From: Octopus vulgaris
Lineage: Eukaryota
Direction: 5' to 3'
Assembly (NCBI GenBank): GCA_951406725.2
Contig: OX597818.1
Span: 79,918,001-79,982,000, forward strand
DNA: 64,000 nt
Below the pieces are notes generated by a model. It saw only the letters and a list, made by a program, of their open reading frames with translations, made no database searches and was not told where the DNA came from. Position numbers and translations under genes: made by a program. Each line of letters starts with the position of its first letter. Within the stretch, counting starts at the first letter, position 1. Of this stretch, positions 41,721-55,386 are shown piece after piece.

Positions 41721-42266
41721 GTTTTTCATTTTTGCTTTTGTTTTGTTTTTCCGATGTTTTTTTTTTTATTTTTTGGTAACATAAAAAAATTTTAAATTCT
41801 CATGTGTTTTACGAGTTTTGTTATCAAACCGAGCGAAAACAAAACATAACTAAACGATAAAAATAAATAAGTTTTAAAAAGAAACAGAAAATAAGACATT
41901 GTAATCCCATTGTATGTGTGTGTGTGTCGCGCGCGCGGTGAGTGTAAGGTTTTTGAGATTAGTAGTGGTGTCTGAGAGGCTATTGAGGGTGGGCACCTTA
42001 CTAGACGTCTTGCTCAATTAAATGCGAAAAGACAAGAGATAGCAAATTTAATTTTTTGCTTTATTACCTTCTCGTCATTTATTGTTTGTATCTTATCACC
42101 ATCAACTCAGTTCGTTCACGTCTTTGCTCGTTGTATAGTTGTTTCCTTTTATATATACAAGTCGTTATTCTACTGTTGTTTTCTGTAGCCTTTTCTATTG
42201 TTATTTCAATGACAGATTCTATGGTTATTTTTTCTACTGTATCTCTTTAAGCATGCCTCATGGTTT

Positions 42267-42312
<46 letters not shown>

Positions 42313-42664
42313 CTGGTAATAAGGGCAGCGTTGGCTAAGTGGTTGAAAAATTTGATTCGCAGCCATGTGATCTTAGATTCAGTCCCACTGCATGGTACCT
42401 TGGGCAAGTGTCTCGTACTATAATCTCGGGCCAACCAAGCCTTGCGAGTGGATTTGGTTCACAGAAACTGAGAGAATCCTGTAGCATATATATATGTAAC
42501 TTATATAGTAGATATAGAAACAGGGCTAATTTAGCTATTTCTCCATAGCCGTAATCAATTTACGAATCTCATTGGATTCTCATCAGTCATCTACATCAAT
42601 TTAGTTAATCTCTCCCAGAGAAACAAGCAACTAATCTGTTCATATACTCAAAAATTAGATTACA

Positions 42665-42872
42665 GGTAAGTTCACCAACATCAATTCATCACAGGAAAGT
42701 TCACTGCCATCAATTAACCATGAAGAAATTTCACCGCCTGGAAAGTATACCGAGAAGATATATCCATAGTACCTCACTGTTAATAGTTAAAAACTATTTT
42801 ATGGGGGGAAAAAACGATGAATTGATGACAGTGAACCATCCCTACGGTGAACTGATGACAGTGAACTTACAC
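42665..42872. mobile_element. small foldback/MITE with modular inverted ends
   Basis: Left GTAAGTTCACCAACATCAATTCATC and AAGTTCACTGCCATCAATT vs right GATGAATTGATGACAGTGAAC and GTGAACTGATGACAGTGAACTTAC. Confidence 0.6.
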
Positions 42873-42927
42873 ACCATAAGTGTTAACATTATTTTATTAT
42901 CAGGTGCCTGTCAATAGGGATCTCAAG

Positions 42928-43283
42928 GCACACGTGTGTTAAGTAGCTTGCTTACCAACCACATGGCTCTGGGTTCAATCCCACTGTGTGGCATCTTGGG
43001 CCAGTGTCTTCTACTATAGCCTCGGGCTGACCAAAGCCTTGTGAGTGGATTTGGTTGACGGAAACTGAAAGAAGCCCGTCGTATATGTTTGTGTATCTGT
43101 CTTTGACCCCCCCACCACCACCACCACCAGCATCGCTTGACAACCGATGCTGGTGTGTTTACGTCCCCGTAACTTAGCGGTTCGGCAAAAGAGGCCGATA
43201 GAATAAGTACTAGGCTTACAAAGAATAAGTCCTGGGGTCGATTTGCACGACTAAAAGCAGTGGTCCTTCATGACCGCAGTCAA
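42928..43283 (+). mobile_element. SINE family A
   Basis: Homologous to 32070-32486. Confidence 0.85.
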
Positions 43284-43609
43284 ATTATTTACAGAATCGA
43301 CACCGCTTACCAAGTCATCGCAGAAAATGCACATGTATGTTTGCTTGTAAAAACAACATTATGAAAGCTTATAAAATATTATTACTTACAGCCATATATA
43401 TATATATAAATATATATAAATATATATATATATACATATATATAACGCATATTTATTGTGTATCTCTCAATATTCCCAAGAACTGAACTAACCTATTTGT
43501 ATTGCGAATACTATTTGAAAATAACGAATAATTCCCACAAATGCAACTAGTTTTTAAATATTGGGGTAAAGACGTTCTTACGGAAAGAGAGAGAAAATAA
43601 AGGAGATAC

Positions 43610-43842
43610 TTATTTCTTTATTTCCCACAAGGGGCTACACACAGAGGGGACAAACAAGGACAGACAAACGAATTAAGTCGATAATATCGCCCCCAGTGCA
43701 TAACTGGTACTTAATTTATCGATCCAGAAAGGATGAAAGGCAAAGTCGACCTCAGCGGAATTTGAACTCAGAACGTAGCGGCAGACGAAATACCGCTAAG
43801 CATTTCGCCCGGCGTGCTAACGATTCTGCCGGCTCGTCGCCT
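43610..43842 (-). mobile_element. SINE family B (long-tail variant)
   Basis: Near identical to 24203-24435. Confidence 0.85.
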
Positions 43843-44394
43843 CAATAAAGGAGATATTGCTAGCATAAGCAGTTGCTAATATATCTCATCAAATTTCTTT
43901 GTCATTTATATGTGAACTAAGTAAATCATTTTTGTCACAACTCCGTGTTCAACATTATCTTTAAGAATTTGAGACAGTAAAGTTCGTATTGCTAGAAGTC
44001 AAACTGCGGTTGTGTTAACCTAATGACGTCGTTGTTCGAGAGTCTAGGTTTTCTTTGAGAACGATTCGGTTCCGACTTCTGATTTTAAAAAAAAAGTAAT
44101 CCTTTAAGTTCTCTCTATCAATTACATCGTTCAGTGTTTTTGCGTGTTTGTACATTTTGGGTGGGTGTGGGGGATGTGGGTGTGTGTATACGTGCATACA
44201 CGTGTCTGTGTGTGTGTTTGCGCACGCGCGCGTGTGAAAATATTTTGTATACTCAGCGCTAACATCTTTGTGTACCGATGACTATGTACAAACTATTTTT
44301 TTCTTTGTATGAGTATATGCACACATGCATGCACACACATGCACGCGCGTGTACAGATATATGTATACATATAATAAGTAGGTGTATAGTGAGA

Positions 44395-44403
44395 GAGACA
44401 GAC

Positions 44404-44480
<77 letters not shown>

Positions 44481-44505
44481 CAGACAGATAGACAGACAGA
44501 CAGAC

Positions 44506-44566
<61 letters not shown>

Positions 44567-44589
44567 TACAGACAGACAGACAGACAGAC

Positions 44590-44658
<69 letters not shown>

Positions 44659-44690
44659 GATAGAGTGTATTCTCCTTAATATACATATGT

Positions 44691-44767
<77 letters not shown>

Positions 44768-44865
44768 GCAGACAGACAGACAGACAAACAGATACATAAA
44801 TTGATTGACAGATGGATAGATGAATACATCGATGGATACATATAAACAGACAGACAGACAGATAG
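44395..44865. repeat. compound (GATA)n/(GACA)n microsatellite
   Basis: Direct observation. Confidence 0.95.
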
Positions 44866-45482
44866 CTAGAGAGGCAGGTGGTGCATTAAAAGCAGCAACG
44901 ATCGACAATCAGTAGAGCCCGTGATATTTCTCATGATTTGGGACAAGCATAGCTTTAAACTTATAGTTATATAAGTAAATTTCGAATATTTATTATGCAA
45001 TAATGGCATTACTTACGCTTTTTCCTAATGAAACAGCTGGTGAAAGTGATTAGATTGTAAAACATCTGTGAAATGTATGCCTTTCTGTTTTTTATTCTAA
45101 ATAAGCTTAGAAACCACACTCGGTGTGGACTTTTTAGCTAGCTCCTGCAGAGGGCTAGTTGAGCCTGCGGCCCAAAACTACACTGAGCTAAATAGCATGA
45201 CAATAATATGTCTATAATGACTATATGCCTGGCGGTGTTTGATCAGAGGTTAAGGGCGGATAAGAATTAATTCTGTAGTGCAATTATTCTATTTTTCCAG
45301 AAAAAGCAACCCAAATGCTTTTATATCAGATCCCAATGCTGGATGTTAAATAACCAAATGAGGGGGCAAATTTTCAATCCCGGGATCATCCTGATTCCAA
45401 AAAGATATAATGTGTCTATGTAGAGCAAATGTAGATTGTGATACAGGGGTCCCAGACGGACCCCTGTAGAATTTCTCTTTTA

Positions 45483-46150
45483 TTATTAAAGATATAAAGT
45501 ATAAAAGCCATCTCAATATGGCTAACCACAAAGTGGGGGTGTTACTGTAGCTTTTTAGCCCCAGGAGATCATCGTTTCCAGCTGGTTTTAGACACACTTT
45601 CTGTGCCCTTGAAGTATTTGCAAAGGGAGGCCATCCCTTCCTCGCAAGATGATCTCCTGGGGCTAAAAAGCTACAGTAACACCCCCACTTTGTGGTTAGC
45701 CATTTTGAGATGGCTTTTATACTTTACATTGTCGAGCTGTTACTGTTTACATCTCGCTCTGAGATTTAATAATGCTTACAGTCAGTTTTTCGAAATCAGT
45801 GGCAGGCGTCACTAGAAAAACTCTTATATATTTGCAAAGCAGGCCTTGTCTTTCATCGTGACCTGGTGGTTACCGCCCGTTGATAAGAGACAATAATCTC
45901 GAAACCTTTCCGTGCGTATCACTCAGGCTTGCGAGGAAGGGATGGCCTCCCTTTGCAAATACTTCAAGGGCACAGAAAGTGTGTCTAAAGCCAGCTGGAG
46001 ACGATGATCCCCTGGGGCTAAAAAGCTACAGTAACCCCTACCCCCCACTTTGTGATTAGCCATATTGAGATGGCTTTTATACTTTACATTGTTGAGTGGT
46101 TACTGTTTACATCTCGCTCTGAGATTTAATAATACTTATTAAAGATATAA
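45483..46150 (+). mobile_element. retrozyme-like / PLE pLTR insertion: inverted leader plus about 1.4 copies of a 355-bp unit, 15-bp TSD
   Basis: Direct repeats start at 45648 and 46003; 45495-45647 is the reverse complement of 45929-46086; TTATTAAAGATATAA at 45483-97 and 46136-50. Confidence 0.75.
45874..45916 (+). ncRNA. degenerate minimal type I hammerhead motif
   Basis: CGCCCG TTGATAA GAGA caataa TCTC GAAAC CTTTC CGTGCG; stems I and II recognisable, core mutated. Confidence 0.5.
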
Positions 46151-46244
46151 GTTGGTCTAAAGTAGTGCTTTTTGTGTGTTTCGTACATCATCACTTTTTT
46201 AATGTATATTTATATATACATGCATGTGTGTGTATGTGTGTGTG

Positions 46245-46283
<39 letters not shown>

Positions 46284-46437
46284 TTGTCTGTCTGTCTGTG
46301 TGCGCGCGCCTATAAGTGTTTCACCAGAAGATCCTGGTCGCGCAAAACTCGAGTCGCAAGACAAACCCTTCCTTAGTTTCAATGAAAAAAAAGAAATATG
46401 TATTTGGGCTTTCTTCTTTCATTTGACATTAACCAAC

Positions 46438-46499
<62 letters not shown>

Positions 46500-46953
46500 C
46501 TTTATGTGTGTTCTTCGAGGCATACTATTCCAAATACAGTTATTCCATGTTATCTTGAAGGTTTATAAAATTCTTGAGGTCAAAAATACATACATATACA
46601 CACACGCACATATATATGCATATATATATGATTATTATATACATATATGTGTACATATATAAAGCAAAGTTGTAAGGTTACCTGCTTGAGTCATACCGAC
46701 ACATAAGGGCCGGTTTCCCAGTTTTATGACGTATATATATATTCCTCACCTGGACGGGACGCCAGTCTGTCATAAGGTTATTCATTTTTGCTTGCTGAAT
46801 GGACTGGGGCAACGTGAAATGAAGTGTTGTGCTCATGAACATGCGTTACCCGATCCAGGAATCGAAACTAGTCATTACGATCATGAGTCCAACAACGTAA
46901 CCACTAAACCACGCGCCCCAACTTATACATATACAAACACACACACACACAAT

Positions 46954-47007
<54 letters not shown>

Positions 47008-47554
47008 TACATATATATATATATATAATATACTATAAACGTTAAGATTCCTGATGTGAAACCGTGTGTTGAAAGATATAGTTGTATTTCGGGAGGGTAA
47101 TTTTTTTTGTTTTACCAAATAAACACACGCATTATATATTCGTTCTTCACTCATTTATTACTGTTCTTATTCTAACTCATCTCCATTGTCCGTAAATCTT
47201 TCGGCACACATATGTGACCTCTTCCGCGACACTTTCCATCCTCATGAGTGTTCCTGCTCGGCTTAATCTATTCTGTTCTTCTGTGGTGTGTATTCTTATA
47301 CGCGCAGGCATTTGCATCTGCATTTGTGTATGTGTGTGTGTGTGTATGTGTGTGGTTGTTCTTAGTCGCACTATGACCCTCCCTTCAACCCCGTCCCCTC
47401 CTCCGTTGGCGCTGCTGCTGCTCTTGTTCCGACCTTTGGTACTGTTTTTACATCTTTCTGTATTTGTGTGTTCGCCCACGCTACTGCAATCATGGGTGTT
47501 GATGTTGCTGTTGTTGGTCGCGTTGTTGATATTGTTGCCGAGCTATTGCTAATC

Positions 47555-49692
47555 AGCCAAACTGTGATGTCAGAGGTGTGAGAGCATTGGAGGAACCTAG
47601 TTTCAATGTGGCTAGATTACAAGAAAGACTTTGACTCTGTTCCCCACTCATGGATGCTAGAAGCCCTTCAACATGCTAACGTTCCAGTAAGAATAGTCAA
47701 AGCCATAGCTGACCTGACTTCATCGTGGGCCAACATCTTGAAATTAAACACAAAGAGTGACTGTATTATCACCGATAGAATACAATATCGCAAAGGCATA
47801 TTCCAAGGAGACAGCCTAACTGTGATGTTGTTTACACTTTCTGTAAACCGCTTGTCATTCATCTTAAGGAACTCTGAAGGATATCTCACTGGTTCACAAG
47901 GAAACAAAAATGCCAAAATTACATACTGTCTCTTTGTGCGTGATTTAAAACTGAATGCAAAGAATATGCACGAGATGACCTAGTTACAACATTCTCAAAG
48001 GATGCAGGGTTGGAGTTTGGTCAGAATAAATGTTGTTATATGATTGTGAAAAGGAGGAAGAGCATAAACCAGACTAGTAACATCTCCATCAATGCTTTGA
48101 CTGTTTCCCCTGTATCTGACGAGGAATGTTGCAGGTATCTAGGGGAGGATGAAAATATATTTTACAATGGTACCTGTAACAAAACACGTGTCACTAAAGA
48201 ATATTACAGCCGAATAAAGAAATTTGGACTTCAGAACTCTCTGCATTCAATAAAACAGTGGCTCACAATGTATTTGCAGTGCCAGTACTCATACCAACAT
48301 TTGGGCTGCTTGATTGAACGTTTGATGAGATCGAAGCCATTGATGTGAAATCCTGAAAAATACTAACAAGCCCACATAATTTCCACATAAACAGTGACAT
48401 AGACCATCTCTACCTTAAACGTAAAAAAGGCGGCAGAGACTTAACATCGATCCAAAATGCCTTTGAATGTCGCATCATATTCCGTCGGCAACGTCTTTTA
48501 ACCACCACCAAGTTTGCATACATGATGCTGATAACATCATAAGACTTGGAAGGCAACCGCTTGAGCAACAATCTGTCTGATAACCTAGAATACATGCCCA
48601 AAGAAGTTACACGGCTCTACCATAACGTATCATCAGATAAAAGGGTGAGCCTATATAATCAGAGGACTATGCATGGATATGTTAGTAGAAAGCTCAGTGA
48701 TGATACTAACATCGATCATCAAAGCAATTTATCATGGACGAATAGTCGGATTACTACCTCCCACTTTGAAGGGTATGCATTTGCAATCCAGAAACAGGAA
48801 ATATCAACCAAGTACCTGATGCACAAAAGCCGTAAAATGTGACAACCGATGCGGACTTTGTGGAGTTCACACTGAAGATATCAACCACATCATAAGCAGT
48901 TGTCCGAAAATGTCATCACGGTATTATCTACCAATGAGACATGACGTTGTAGTTAGGACACTCCATAGTAAAATCCGTACGAAGGATAATCCCGAGGACA
49001 AAGAAATAAAAACCCATTATATGGTAAAAGCCATAGCCACTCATAATGAAAAGGAATACTGGTGGAATGTACCAGTGAAGACCTCAATAAAATGTAAGCA
49101 CAACAGACCTGATATAATGATTTGAGATAGAGAAGGAAAGCTGTGCACAGTTGTGGAAATTAGCTGCCCAGCGGATGTTAACATAAAGCTGAAGATCAGT
49201 GAAAAAGAGAACAGCTGTGCTGAACTATTGAGAAATCTGCAATTATTCTATCCAGGTTACAAATTCTTGTTTATATTTGTAATTATTGGAGTCCTGGGAT
49301 ATGTAACACACTGCCTAAATACAAGTCTTGAGAAATTAGGTTTCTCAAAGCCAGAAAGGAAAAAGCTAATTCGAAGACTACAGATCCAGTCCATCACTGG
49401 AACTGTAAAAATCTGTAAAACTTCCCAGTTTATCATTTAAATACATATGAGCATGTCAAGATATGTAACTATATTAATGAGAATACATACATAAAACATA
49501 CATACATGCATACATACATACATACATACATACATACATACATACATACATACATACATACATACATACATACATACATACATACATACCCTGGTGTTGA
49601 TTTTGAAATTCAATGAAGGAACCTTGGATCTACGTTAGAAACCGGTTCTTTCTCTATTGGCAAGAAATCTTGAAATAAACTGAATAATGACA
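47555..49692 (+). mobile_element. 5'-truncated R4/Dong-type RLE non-LTR retrotransposon, decayed
   Basis: RT motifs WLDYKKDFDSVPHSW, GIFQGDSL, LFVRDLKL; CCHC CRLCG..HIISSCP; RHD; RPDIMI..EISCP; 3' UTR contains (TACA)n. Confidence 0.9.
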
Positions 49693-49780
49693 TACATACG
49701 TACCTAGGTACGTGCATACGTACATGCATGCATAAAATAATTATCAGTGAAGTTGTCGAGGGAATCAAATAAATACTTTA

Positions 49781-49829
49781 CCCCTACCTGTCACGCAGAA
49801 GACCTGTGTTCAACACCTCGCTGAAGACG
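49781..49829 (+). pseudogene. possible tRNA-Asp(GTC) 3'-half relic
   Basis: CCTGTCACGC.G.AGACC.G.GTTCAA resembles the anticodon arm and T arm of metazoan tRNA-Asp; no D arm or acceptor stem. Confidence 0.4.
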
Positions 49830-50197
49830 TTTATGTTTTAATGGCGACGAGCCTGCATGGCCACAGCCACCGGCAGAAATATGTGTTTTTATATGTTTTA
49901 TATAATTTACATATTTATAGATGTAAAGATAGGATGATAAAAACATGTAATAACTAGTATGAAGATATGAATGTGAAAGAAAATAATGGAAGACATCTTA
50001 AGAAATTAGTTATATTACTTATTACTGTTGTATTAACTCTTGCTGTTGTATTAGACTTTCCTTCATCTTGTCTCGCATTAAACAGCGACAATCCGAGAGG
50101 AGGTAGTAGTGCCTACCACATTCAATTATGTTATATAGTTTATATAACTATTTGGATAATGATAATTACGATGATGAACATATATGAATATATATGA

Positions 50198-50382
50198 AGG
50201 CGGCGAGTTCGCAGAATCGTTAGCAAACAGAACAAAATGTTCGTCTGCCTTTACGTTCTTCTGTTCGACTTTGCCTTTCACTCTTTCTATGAAATAAGTA
50301 CCAGTCAAGTACTGGAGTCAATGTAGTCGACTTAACCCTCCTCTCAAAAACTGCTGACCCTGTGCTGAAATTATTATTATTA

Positions 50383-50444
<62 letters not shown>

Positions 50445-51270
50445 GAGGCGGAGAGCTGCCAGAATCGTTAGCACGGTGGAGGAAATGCGTAGCAGTATTT
50501 CGCCCATCGCTACGTTCCGAGTTCAAATTCCGCCGAGGTCGACTTTGCCTTTCATGCTTTCGGAATCAGTGAAAGTCTGGGGTCGATGTAATCGACTCAT
50601 CCCCTCTCCCAAAATGGCTGTCTTTGTGGTAAACTTTGAAACCATTATTATTATTAGTAGTATTAGTAGTAGTAGTAGTAGTAGTAGTAGTAAGACGGCG
50701 AACTGGCAGAATCGTTAGCACGCCGGGCGAAATGCTTTGCGGTATTTCGTCTGCCGCTGCGTTCTGAGTTCAAATTCCACCGAGGTCGACTTTGTCTTTC
50801 ATCCTTTTGGGGTCGATTAAATAAGTACCAGTTACGCACTGGGGTCGATATAATCGACCTTGTTTATCCCCTTGTGGGTAGTAAAGAAATAGGTGTTTCA
50901 TCTGCCGCTACGTTCTGAGATTAAATCCCGCCGAAGTCGACTTTGCCTTTCATCCTTTCGGGGTCGAGAAATTAAGTACCAGTTGAACACTGGGGTCGAT
51001 GTAATCGACCCATCTCTCCCCTAAAATGAATGCCCTTGTGGCAAAATTTGGAACCATTATTATTATTAAAGGTGGTGAGCTGGTAGAAGCGTTAGCACGC
51101 TGGACGAAATACTTAGCGGAATATCGCGCGTCGCTACGTTCTGATTTCATATTCCGCTGAGGTCGATTTTACCTTTCATCCTTTCGGACCCGATAAATTA
51201 AGTACAAGTGGAATACTGGGGTCGATGTAATCGATTAGCCTCAACCCGGAATTCCAGGCCTTGTGTCTAT
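50198..51270 (+). mobile_element. head-to-tail array of about five SINE family B copies separated by (TTA)n/(TAG)n
   Basis: Heads at about 50198, 50447, 50695, (50895), 51071. Confidence 0.85.
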
Positions 51271-51274
51271 AGTA

Positions 51275-51336
<62 letters not shown>

Positions 51337-51346
51337 CATTATTATT

Positions 51347-51750
51347 ATTGAGTGCGAGAGCAGTGCATGCCATCAAAGTGACACTGAGATAAAATATACG
51401 AAGCCCAGTATACTCATCTGATAAGGGTACACCAGGCACATGTATCACAACCATATTTGCATGACATGGTGATCTCACATCAAGATAAACAGCGCACAAC
51501 CTTGCAGGTGGGACCCAGTAAGAATTTTCTTCAGGTCGAGTAGCCCATCCCGCTCAAAAGGTTCCTGAATAAGGGTTGCTTAAGGATGTTGAAAGAAACA
51601 CCCATGTTACCAAATGTGAACTATCCAAAGAATACCTCTCACCACATAGCAACGATGCTTCCCCACTACTTCTACTCGTGATCAGACATGCACGTATCTT
51701 CAGCCACTAAGGGGCGTGCCCATCTGGTTACGGTCAAACAACCGACAAAT
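51347..51750. mobile_element. unclassified insert flanked by (TTA)n on both sides
   Basis: About 400 bp of complex sequence between two long TTA arrays. Confidence 0.4.
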
Positions 51751-51779
51751 AAATCTGTGGCATTGTGCAAAATATTTAC

Positions 51780-51853
<74 letters not shown>

Positions 51854-52832
51854 CATTATTATTACTATTATTATATATCCAAACTACTGTCTTACTCATC
51901 ACCAGGAGAAGTTCCTACTGGGTTTTTTTTTATTCTACTTCAGACGTTTTTTTTTCACTTGGTTCTGGCTATTATATTCTTTAACGCCATATTCTCAAGT
52001 CAACCTGGACACTTTACAACTGGATACAATTACCCTAATATATCAACTTTAGTAAAGTGTGGCTATTCTTTTTTTTTCATAGTAGGCTGCAGTGCATAAG
52101 GATTCTTATTAAACGCTTCTTCTTAACATTTTTTTAGATTTTTTGATCTTGTTCTTTTGTTAGTCTTTGATAAATGAGTCATTCTCAAAGAAAACAGTCG
52201 TGTTTTTTTGTTTTGTTTTTTTTTTGTTTTTTGTTGTTTTTTTTCAATAAATTTAGTGACAGTGAATTGTTGCTGATCGTCTGGGAATAGCTCCACTATA
52301 AGGTATCTATTATGAGTCGAGTTTTAGGATAAGATGTTAGGCAAGAAAAATGACGATGTTACAAGGCTGATGACTCAGAGTGCTTTCAGAGTAGATTAGC
52401 TTCCTGCGTGAAAAAGACATATATATTCTTCACAAACAGTCGATATCTATCTCCGGCGGACAGCCGTTCCTTTGGTATTTGTAGATCTTAATATAACAGT
52501 GTTTCAGAGGAGCTGTCCACATCTTTCCAGAAGGTTTGATTTATTGCCCTAAACAAATAATTAAATTTAGTGATAAATTCGCAGATATTCTGTTAAATTA
52601 CCAGTCACTTTGCTTCCATAAGATTCATTGAAAATATATTTGGTCATCGAATATTAAAAGAAAGTATTACTTTGAGACGACATATCATGTCTGTGTGTGT
52701 GTTTGTGTGTGTGTGTGCGCGCGCGCGCACGAGTGGGTGCGGGTGTATGTACGAATGTAGTATATATACATACATATATACATATATGCATAGATGCATA
52801 CATACATGCATGTATTTAGACAGACAGATAAA

Positions 52833-52961
<129 letters not shown>

Positions 52962-53059
52962 TACACACACACACAGATACACATAGGTTTAGTGATGCGA
53001 ACAGGAAAATGGAACCCAAAACATAACTATATATATATTATTATTCTATTCTTTTAATC

Positions 53060-53363
53060 TTTTTACTTGTTTCACTCATTTGACTGGAGCACCACTTTGA
53101 AGGGTTTTAGTCGAACAAATCGACCCCAGGAGTTATTTCTTAAGCCTAGTACTTATTCTATCGGTCCGTTTAGCCGAACCGCTAAGTTGCGGGGATGTAA
53201 ACATACCAACACCGGTTGTCAAACAGTGATGAGGGGGAAAAAGAAAGACACAAGGACACACACACACACATGAGTCTATAGTAGAAGACACATGCCTAGG
53301 GTGTCACGCGGTGGGACTGAACCCAGAACCACGTGGTTGAGAAACAAGCTTCTTATTACACAG

Positions 53364-53365
<2 letters not shown>
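53060..53365 (-). mobile_element. SINE family A (internally deleted)
   Basis: Homologous to 17000-17422. Confidence 0.8.
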
Positions 53366-53411
<46 letters not shown>

Positions 53412-53721
53412 ACACACATATATATAGGTATGTACGCATGTATCTATGTATATATATATATGTGTGTATATACATATACGTGTGTGTTAGAAACAGAGAA
53501 TGAGTAAATAAAACATGTGGTACCGCTTTAGAACATTTGGTTTACAATTTAAACATAGTGCAGACTAGTTTTAGTAAATACATACATATATACATATATG
53601 CATACTGTACATACACATACATACATGTATTAACATATAGACATAATACGTATTACATACATACATACGTACATACATACATACATACATACATACATAA
53701 CTGAATGCATAAATACATACA

Positions 53722-53752
<31 letters not shown>

Positions 53753-55386
53753 GCTATCAGCAACCGACTTGCGCGTGCAGGAGGTGGGGTGATTTAAAAT
53801 TTGTTTTTAAACATTTTCATTTCCAATTATACCGACCTAAAGAAGCACAGGTCAATAAATGCCCTTTCCCCTTCTTTCATGAATAAGAGAAAGACTTTCT
53901 GCTCACCAACTTATCGTTATTCATATCAGATTTTAGAAAACATATTTTCATCACATAGAATTTCGCTGTAAGATAACAACATCGATAACAACACCACGAA
54001 CTCTGTCATGAAAGCATATATATAATCATTGGGAGCATTTGTTTACGTTAAAAAAAACTGGGTGTGTCAAACAAATACAATCTGTAAGCGGAAGAATAAA
54101 AATGTACAGGACTTTTATCAAGTTTAACATGTAACATTTCATTCCTTTTTGTTTTCTAAATTCTAGCGATAGAGTATTTTCTTTGTTGGAACCAACTCCT
54201 TTCTTATAGGAATTATTCAAATAATTAAAACAAATAACGTGCATATATATATACGAGTATATATGAAATCGAAATATGTCATGTAGACTTAGAGGAATTC
54301 ACTTTCTTTTCGTATAAACAATTCTTTCCACTAAATTTTTGCCATTTATACAAATGTTGCAAAAGAATTAAAATACTGTCTTTAAAATACTAAGAAGCAT
54401 CAGTTTAGAGAAGATTGCAGGAGTATGCAAACAAAAAAATTGGCAAATAACACGTGGGATATAACATGTAGTATATGATACGTGACATATGATACGTGAT
54501 ATATGACACGTGGTGTATGACACATAGCATATGACGTGGTATATGTCATGATGGCAAAGAAATTCTAGTGGAATTATTAATTTAATCAATACATGTACCA
54601 ATTCTATAAACTGACTTGGGAAGATCCTTCAGTCTGTTACATGAAGGTTATGAAGAGCTAGTGCTATGTAATATATCCCGACTGCTTACACTTCAGCGAG
54701 AATTAGCTGCTCCAGAAAGCTATTGTTCGTTGAAAAGGAAAATGTTGTTCCACATAATAAAATCACCCGTCGAAATTTCACAGTAAATACGCGTACATAT
54801 GTTACAACAAAAACACCGACAATAACAATAACATCGAGATAAAACTATCACAGTTAACGGACAGGAAGTAGCTGCTTATGAAGAGTAGAAATGATTGAAT
54901 GAAACAAACAGTTCATGAGATACAGTTTACGATAAAATTTAAGAATAGCTTTACTGAAAGAGAATAAGTATGTCTAGTCGATAGAAAACATACTATGATG
55001 TTATACAAGATCGATTTAGTTGTTGAAGTATATATACACAACACAGATTAAAATTACGTTTTGGACATGGAATGTCTTTAATGTATTATGTAGCAATTGT
55101 CATTCACTAAGTGATTGCAGTGGCAGAGATCGATCGAAATAACTCAACCAAAATGGATTACCTCTTTCCACAAAAACATCGAAAGACAACGGGAAAACAC
55201 CGGACAGAATACTATGCTTAAAAATAAGTGGAATAATGAATTCACAAACCACCAGCTTCAGCATTATGATAGACTATCCAAAAATCTACGGGAGATATTC
55301 GTAGGTGAACTAATCGCTTTTAAACACAAAGAGCCGTAAGTCAAAAGTTTTGCTATTGTAGAAAATTACACACACAGACACACATA

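Noticed and set aside
45300-45495. Hairpin TACAGGGGTCC..GGACCCCTGTA near a possible Helitron-like end
   Set aside because: The other terminus could not be identified
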